Assembly (NCBI GenBank): GCA_964016885.1
Contig: OZ024741.1
Location: 329,344,001 to 329,408,000 of the forward strand
DNA: 64,000 bases
Direction of reading: 5' to 3'
Source of the DNA: Eledone cirrhosa
Taxonomy: Eukaryota
Made by a program: the position numbers and the translations under genes. Below, piece by piece: positions 56,036 through 64,000 of the stretch. The notes beneath the pieces are model-generated. The model saw nothing but the letters and a program-made list of their open reading frames with translations. It had not been told where the DNA came from and did no database searches. Each line of letters opens with the position of its first letter. The first letter of the stretch is position 1.

Positions 56036-57099
56036 AAATGTTTTGAGATAATAATTACTATGATTACATTATGATATTGTGGAAGTACTTGTGGGTTTCC
56101 AGGAAGCTGTGCAAGCGAGATGATAGGGAAAACAAACTAACTCATACCAAGCAAAATATGGTGTGCGTGTGTGTATGTGTTTGAGTGTGTGTGTATGTGT
56201 GCGTGTGTATGTGTACGTGTGTCTGCGTGTATGTGTGTGTGTTTAATTACTTGGAGACCAGAGACTGCGTATGTCAGTTTAGTAAAACCATATTTCATTT
56301 CCCGTCCAAGCAAACTATGAGAGAGGAAGAGAGAAATATATTAAATACACTAAGCACTAAAAATAAAGCCACCTCCTTTTCATCATCTTACTCACCCCAA
56401 CACCAATCCCATCATGACTACCACCACCTCCATTCCTACCATCACCAATACCATTCCCACTATTACTACTACTACCCCACCACCACCATGAACAAGTTAA
56501 TTTAACTGAGTGACAAAATAGTGTTATAAACACAAAACCACACCACCTTTATCAACTCCACCTTCTTCATCTCCCGTATTTCATTTCTCTTTCGCTCTCT
56601 TTCTCACACACTTTCAGTCTCTTACTCTTTGTCTCTGTCTCTATTTCTCTTCATTTTTCTTTCTCTTCCTCCTTCACCTCAATTCATCTTTCTCAAAAGT
56701 TTTCTCTTTCTAATCTATCTCCCTCTCTCTTTCCACTTCTCTCTCTCCCCCTCTCTCTCTCTCTCCTCTTTCTCTTTCCACTTCTCTCTCTCCCTCTCTC
56801 TTCACTTTCTTTTCTCTTCCTCCTTCTCATTCTCTTCTCACTCACTACATATTTCTCAAAAGCTTTTGTTTCTAAGCTGCTTCTCCCCTCTCTCTCCCTC
56901 TCTCCCTCTCACCCTCTTTCTATCAGTCTCTTTCTCCCTTCCTCTCTCTCACTCTTTCTCTTCTTCACTTTCCTTTCTCCTCCTCCTCCTCCACCTCATT
57001 CTCATCTCACCCACTTCATCTTTCTCAAAAGAAGCTTTCTGTTTCTAAGCACTCACCTCATCTATTTTCTTCCGCTCAATTCGACTGACATTAATTATG

Positions 57100-58200
57100 A
57101 ACCCTTACAGGGTCGATAAAATAAAGTACCAGTAATACACTGGGTATTTGCTGCCCTTGTGCCAAAAGTAGAAACAATTAATTATGAACAATCCATCGAT
57201 GGGTTGGCAGTATCGGACGCCATGCTTTCACGCATGGAGTTACGGTCCTTGCCATGCTGAGTTCAAATCTCGCCGAGATTAACTTTGCTTTTCATCCTTA
57301 CGGGGTCGATAAAATAAAGTACCAGTAATGCACTGGGTAATTGCTGGCCTTGTGCCAAAAGTAGAAACAATTATATTATGAGCAATCCAGGGCGGTTGAT
57401 TGGCAGATACGTTAGAGAGTCGGGGGAAATGCTTTGCCGAATTTTTGCGCCTCACGCTCGAACCCCTACCTAGACAAACTTTGCTTTTTATCTTTCTGGT
57501 GCCTGTAAAGTAACGTACCAGTCAAATACTGGGGTCGATTTAATCGACTGTTCCCCCTCCCATCTAAATTGCTATCCTTATGCCTAATTTATTTCTACGT
57601 TTGACAAAAGGCCAGTCATTGTGGGGATTGGGAAAGTCGATTATATCAACCCAGTATTTAACTGGTATTTTATTTTATCGACCCCGGAAGGATGGCAGGC
57701 AAAGATGACCTCGGTGATATTTGAACTCAGATTGTAGCGAGTTGAAAATAAATAGGGCAAATCATTTTGTCCGGCTCTCTACCGATAATGAAAATCTAGA
57801 TTATTTCCAAAATGATTTGGAAATCATAGGCAGTGTCTTTTATTAGAAATGTGTTAAGGAAAGTATTAAAGTGATTATATTTATCTAAAAATCTTCTATC
57901 ATAATTTTATATAACAACCTTTGTTTATGCCTCAAAACATCAATTTAATAATGAGAAAAAAGTGTTATTATTAAATCCCCTTCAAGGGCGGTGGATTGAG
58001 ATTATCAGTAGCGCATCAGACAACATGCTTTGTGGCATATAGTTACAGTCCTTTACGCTCTGAGTTCAAATCCCGCCGAGTTAGCTTTGTTTTTCATCAG
58101 TGCGAGGTCGATAAAATAAAGTGCCAGTAACACACTGGAGTCGATTTAATCGACTTTCCTTTTCCCTTCAAATTGCTGGCTTTACGCGAAAAAGAGAAAA
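57100..58200. mobile_element. Cluster of five SINE family 1 copies in both orientations
   Basis: Consensus matches at ~57100, 57200, 57390, 57590 (-) and 57985. Confidence 0.85.
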
Positions 58201-58282
58201 AATTATGTATTAGTGGGTTAGCAGGTTCATTAGAGCGTTAGACAAATACTTTGCGTTATTTACTAACGGTTTTCTACGTTCT

Positions 58283-58804
58283 AGTTCAAATCTTGCCGAG
58301 GTCAATTTCGCTTTTCATCCTTCCGAAATCGCTAAAATAAAGTTCAAATCTTGCCGAGGTCAATTTCGCTTTTCATCCTTCCGAAATCGCTAAAATAAAG
58401 TTCAAATCTTGCCGAGGTCAATTTCGCTTTTCATCCTTCTGAAATCACTAAAATAAAGTTCAAATCTTGCCGAGGTCAATTTCGCTTTTCATCCTTCTGA
58501 AATCGCTAAAATAAAGTTCAAATCTTGCCGAGGTCAATTTCGCTTTTCATCCTTCTGAAATCGCTAAAATAAAGTTCAAATCTTGCCGAGGTCAATTTCG
58601 CTTTTCATCCTTCTGAAATCACTAAAATAAAGTTCAAATCTTGCCGAGCTCAATTTCGCTTTTCATCCTTCTGAAATCGCTAAAATAAAGTTCAAATCTT
58701 GCCGAGGTCAATTTCGCTTTTCATCCTTCTAAAATAGCTAAAATAAAGTTCAAATCTTGCCGAGGTCAATTTCGCTTTTCATCCTTCTAAAATAGCTAAA
58801 ATAA
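58283..58804 (+). repeat. Nine tandem 58-bp copies of the SINE B-box/core segment inside one SINE
   Basis: AGTTCAAATCTTGCCGAGGTCAATTTCGCTTTTCATCCTTCYGAAATCGCTAAAATAA with period 58. Confidence 0.96.
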
Positions 58805-59764
58805 AGCACTAATCAAGTACTGGGGTCTATATTATTGACTCTTCTTTCCACAAAATTGTTAGGCTTTTGTGAAAATCAGAAACCATTTCATATTAGTTTA
58901 GTTACTTGTGATATCGCTTGATGGAACCGATTGAGTGTTCATCGAGAAAACCGACAGAGGATCCATTGTTTTTTTTATTGTCAAAACTCAAATGCACGTC
59001 GACATTTTTAATGGTTCAGGTGGGGAAAAATGGCCAAGTGTTAATTGGATCCAACGGAGCGTGAATGCGGAGACAAATTAAATTGTGATGTTCTGTTGAT
59101 GAAGCGAGTGTCATCATTATTGATTTATGTACTGAAAAGGAATACTATTATTATTATTATCAATGTGTGTAAAATATCTACACGAATATCTCCAATTATG
59201 TTCTGTTCTTATAACTTTGTCAACCGATTAGTTATTAATATATTGTAATATAAACAATATTAATGCTTGAAGCACAAGTTGTTTGGAATATCGTTGTGGA
59301 AAATTGTTCTCATCAATCTTACTCAGCGTTATTGCTCTCCCCTCTCTCATTATATCTTTCTCGCGTTCGTTCTCTCTCACTCCCTCTCACTCTCACACAC
59401 ATACATATAGGCACACATATTCTCTCTCTCTCTCACTCCCTCTCTCTCTTTTTCTCTCTCTCGCTCTCTCTATCTTTCTATCTCTCTCCTTTAGTATGCG
59501 CATGTGTGTGTATATATGTATGCGCGTGTGTGCGTATGTGTGTGTGATTGTGTGTGTTTTTCCTCTGTGTGAGCGTGTGCGTGTGTGTGAGTAGGTAGGT
59601 AAAGACGACATGAGAAAGGCAGTGATCAGCTGAAACGTGAGAGTTTAAAATACAACCAACAAAAGGTGAACAAAACAAAAGATGATGACACTAAATTGAC
59701 AAAATATATATACACATATATATATTAAAAAAACGATCAACTTTCGTCAAATCGGACCGAGGGA

Positions 59765-59948
59765 ACAATGTTTTCGTTGGTCTTTCCAATTGCTAATACT
59801 ATCTATCGGTCGCAACTCCAGGTAGAAGGAGCAACGTGAAATAAAGTGTCTTGCTCAAAGACATAACGCATCACCTGGTCCAGGAATCGAACTCACAACC
59901 TTACGATTGCGAATCCAATTCTCTAACCACTCAGCCACACGCCTTCAC
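59765..59948 (-). mobile_element. SINE family 2, well-preserved tRNA head
   Basis: A box TGGCTGAGTGG, B box GAGTTCGATTCC. Confidence 0.85.
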
Positions 59949-60340
59949 TATATATATATATATATATATATGTCAGGTAACATGTAACCCAGTACAACCT
60001 GTCTCGTGGCCGGTTCGTCGGCGACTAAACCGGCAACCCCACCAAGCTTGCTTGGTGAGGAGGGTGATATTGGTACATCCTGCGGGATGAAATACAAGGC
60101 CCGGCAAAGGGCGGAGGAATTCAGTAGAGTCAATGGCCATCCAGATAGTACTTTTTTTTTCACCTGGGAGTGAAAGGTCCCTGGAAAAACGAACACACAT
60201 ATAAACGTGTGATCTTTTGCTCACACATGCGCCCACACAAAGGCGCACACTCACACATGTACTCAATAATAACGTAAAATCTATATATACACACATGCAT
60301 ATCTCTCCATACACAGATACACAAATATATATATATATAT

Positions 60341-60693
60341 AGTTATGTAATAAACAACATGATATAACTATTTCATTTACCAGTGGTTTCTTAAAGGCAG
60401 ATGTTATGTCTGTCTTCAGTCGTCAGAGTGAATTTTATTAAATATGAATTTGAAAACAAAATTTAGGAAATATGAAAGTGTGTGTATGTTTATGTTCTGG
60501 ATATTTATTTATATATTTTTTTCCCCTAATTCCTTTTTGCCCGTTTTTTCAGCGTCACTTTCATATTTCCTAAATTTTGTTTTCAAATCCATATTTAATA
60601 AAAACACCATCTTATTTATTCATTCTGACGACTGAAGACAGACGCAACATCTGCCTTCAAGAAACCACTGGTAAATATGTTTATTACATAACT
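60341..60693. mobile_element. Fold-back cassette, family E, with hammerheads at 60619-60679 (+) and 60372-60432 (-)
   Basis: ttcatt-CTGACGA-ctgaagacaga...tctgccttcaa-GAAA-ccactgg-TA-aat(gaa). Confidence 0.8.
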
Positions 60694-60790
60694 AATAAGG
60701 TCTGTAGCCTACATAGAGCACTCTTTTTTCCTGTACCTTTCGGACGCAAATACTTCATTTAATTACATATATATATATATATATTTATAT

Positions 60791-61003
60791 ATATTAGGAC
60801 AGGGGGGAAGAAAAAATGGCTTCACTTGTGCTTTCAACAAATTTATTTTCTTCACAAAATCCAAAAAGAATTTTTTTCCGGATTAGAAAAAAAATTTTTC
60901 TTAAAAAAAAATTATTTTATAAATTCTTTTTGGATTTTGTGAAGAAAATAAATTTGTTGAAAGCACAAGTGAAGCCATTTTTTCTTCTCCCCTGTCTTAA
61001 TAT
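60791..61003. repeat. Fold-back (~85-bp arms)
   Basis: GAAGAAAAAATGGCTTCACTTGTGCTTTCAACAAATTT... and its inverse. Confidence 0.88.
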
Positions 61004-61150
61004 ACCTAAATGTACAAAGGATTACACACATTTTCCTATATATATATATATATACACACATACACACACACATATATAAATGTGTATACACACACATACC
61101 CATATATACAAACATTTACAAAAGCGATATACATACACACACACATATCA

Positions 61151-61188
<38 letters not shown>

Positions 61189-61544
61189 ATATGTATATAT
61201 ATATGCACATACATATATTAATATGTACAAACCATTGGGAAGTAATTCGGGAACAGATATAAATAAGAACAAAAAATTAAAAAAATATATTTAAAAAATA
61301 AAAATAAAAATGTTTGACAGTGTTTGGGAGGGGGATTAAATAATAAAATACAAACAACGTATAAAAACAAACACATACACACGATATGCATATATATATA
61401 TATATATATATGCATATAGTGTATATATATATAAAAATAAATGTATACATATACATACACATATACATGTATATATATATATACATATATATAAACACAC
61501 ACAAGCCTATACATATATATACACATATATATATAAACACACAC

Positions 61545-61575
<31 letters not shown>

Positions 61576-61941
61576 CACTCGCGCGCGCACACACAATAAT
61601 ATATCAACACACGCTTACATATATACATAAATCCATATACGTACATATATATATATATATACACATATATATATATACATATATACACACACAAACACAT
61701 GCATGTTTACATACACGTGCGTGTGTGTCTGTATATATACATATAGGCAGACAAACTATATATATATACACACACTCGCAGGTAGGTGTATATAAAGGGT
61801 AAGCATAATTATACACAAACGGTGGTACCAAAAAATAAAATTAAAAAGATATACTCACAGATCCACGCGCAAAGAAATTATAATTATAGATAAACAAATA
61901 ATATTATAATATTAAATATATATACACACACACACACACAC

Positions 61942-62033
<92 letters not shown>

Positions 62034-62535
62034 TCATAAGATATATACACATATGCACACATACATACGCACACATACATGTATATATGTATAATTACAC
62101 ATATATGTGTATGTACACGTATATGCGCCCACATATAACCATATGTGAGCACACTTAAAAACATTGTGGGTATGTAAGGACAAGGGGGAGTATAACTGAA
62201 ATTAAATAATATAATGAATTAAGATGAACAGGTGAGGGAGAAAAGGGCTGTATAAATTGTGAGAGATCTGGATAAGGGTATATAGTTAAAAAGTGATCTG
62301 GGTAAATGTAGAGTAGAGGATGAAGGTGGTGGGTGTGTGTGTGTTAAAGGTATGGTAGAAAAAAAAGGGGGCGGGGTTGTATAAATCAAATGAAAAAAAT
62401 AGATAAACATGAGGGAGAAAAAAATGTATATATTGGTAGAAAGTATGTGTTTATATGATAAACTGGGTAGGAAGTAGTGTTCATAAGGTGATGATATTGG
62501 TAGTGAGTGGGAGGCGTAATATATAAAGAGAAAGC

Positions 62536-62975
62536 TCAGGATGGTTGAGTAATCGTTGGTGTGTTAATCCAGCTAAAAAGTAGATGCGATTTCAGGTGCG
62601 GACATCTAAAGATCTCGGTCTTAGAGTTGAGGCAAGTGGGAGGGGTTTTCAGGTTTTGGAGAATTCTAAAGTTTTCCGTAGTACACAAAGAACATTTCTT
62701 TGTGCCCCTTTGGTATTCTCTTGAGTGGTCTAAAATAGACCAGTCAATAGAGTATGTAATGTTTCTGTCTTTAAACTCCCACAATTTATTTGCCAACGCC
62801 GTTGCTGCTCTTTTTTCAGGGTGTTTGAAAGAAACGACATGTGCATAAAAACCTGGTTTTAAATCTGTCCTGAGTCATGCCAACATATCTCTCACTTCTG
62901 GCTAGCTGGTTATTAATAATCGGTGTCAACTTGGCCTCATACACAATGGATTTAGTATTACATTTGCCCTGTAAT
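62536..62975 (-). pseudogene. Penelope-like GIY-YIG endonuclease, one frameshift near 62848
   Basis: LQGKCNTKSIVYEA...YVGMTQDRFKTRF / ALANKLWEFK...DWSIL...CSLCTTE...LNSKTE..RCPH. Confidence 0.9.
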
Positions 62976-63167
62976 AGGAAAAGATTCAGGACCTCGACGG
63001 CAGAGCTCAAGCCGTTTCGACGGCTATTTCTGGACTGAAATAGCCGTCGAAACGGCTGGGCTCTGCCCTCGGCGTCCTGAACCTTTTCCTATTTCCCACT
63101 CTACTACCCAAAGTATCGAGTACCCTGGTGCGTTATGGTCCACCTGGTTCCTTACCACACTTCCTTC

Positions 63168-63170
<3 letters not shown>
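62975..63170. mobile_element. Fold-back cassette, family G (hammerhead 3' halves); relative at 41625-41812
   Basis: Apex ATTTC TGGACT GAAAT. Tail CTGGTGCGTTATGGTCCACCTGG is shared with 41649-41670 (-). Confidence 0.8.
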
Positions 63171-63248
<78 letters not shown>

Positions 63249-63269
63249 ATATATGTTTTTTTGTTTTTT

Positions 63270-63438
63270 TTTTTGTCGTTTTGGAAGCCTCAACAATGCA
63301 GATAGGTAATCTCCGGGTAACAGAATCCGGATTCTGTTACCCGGAGATTATCGCATCTGCATTGTTGAGGCTTCCAAAACGACCCAAAAAAAAATCTTAT
63401 TATTCCACAATGCTTCAAGCAAACTTCAATACCCTCTT
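63270..63438 (+). mobile_element. Fold-back cassette, family F, copy 2
   Basis: Matches 20351-20530. Apex is GAATCCGGATTC. Confidence 0.85.
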
Positions 63439-63474
63439 ACATATATATATATATATATATATATATGTAAAAGG

Positions 63475-63589
<115 letters not shown>

Positions 63590-63918
63590 ATGCATGTATT
63601 TATGTTTATATGTATATTACAATATACAAAAATAGGTTACGCAGTAAATAAGGCAAAGAAAAGTCATCTTTCTTTATAAATACGTGTGTGTGCACGACTG
63701 TGTACATGTCAGTCTGCCCGTCTGTGTGCATGAGTGTGTATGTGCACGACTGTCTGTGTGTGCGCGAGCACATATCTACTTTCAATGGTTTCCTATGATT
63801 TCACATCTTAACCTAATTACCAGGTAGTATATGTGGAACGGAGGCATTGTGGGAAGATATCAACTCGTAAATAAATAAATTAACACTCTTTCACACAAAC
63901 AGACGCAAACCTCTAATC

Positions 63919-64000
<82 letters not shown>

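Noticed and set aside
58283-58804. CRISPR array or tRNA gene cluster
   Set aside because: The units are contiguous SINE-internal copies with no spacers and no cloverleaf.
59870-59948. tRNA gene (also ~20012-20055)
   Set aside because: The A and B boxes continue into SINE body or lack an acceptor stem, so they are treated as SINE heads.
60935-60980. Hammerhead GTGAAGA...GAAAgc...gcCA
   Set aside because: C3 and U16.1 are missing and there is no stem I, so it is at best a decayed remnant.

Overview
Eukaryotic, AT-rich, repeat-dense non-genic DNA. The SINE families and microsatellite load suggest an octopus or other cephalopod intron or intergenic region (inference only). No intact host gene is visible, and most ORFs in the track are microsatellite artefacts. 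The window holds a near full-length, mutated Tx1-type LINE (20.8-26.9 kb, +) lying tail-to-tail with a deleted R4/Dong-type RLE retrotransposon (27.0-30.2 kb, -) at (ATT)n tracts. It also holds many tRNA-derived SINEs, non-autonomous Helitrons, a 52-bp dimeric minisatellite and a 9x58-bp SINE B-box array. The dominant hidden signal is that many (TA)n tracts carry short, often fold-back cassettes derived from the 3' ends of Penelope-like elements (four GIY-YIG remnants). By eye these cassettes contain about 20 complete and several half type I hammerhead ribozyme motifs from roughly ten sequence families, some with compensatory base changes and non-canonical cores. The most novel candidate is a ~520-620 bp terminally redundant, retrozyme-like element with three copies. 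Its hammerhead strands appear in a non-circularly permuted, pseudoknotted order, supported by three covarying pairs in stem I. All ribozyme calls are manual base-pairing and have not been folded computationally or tested.
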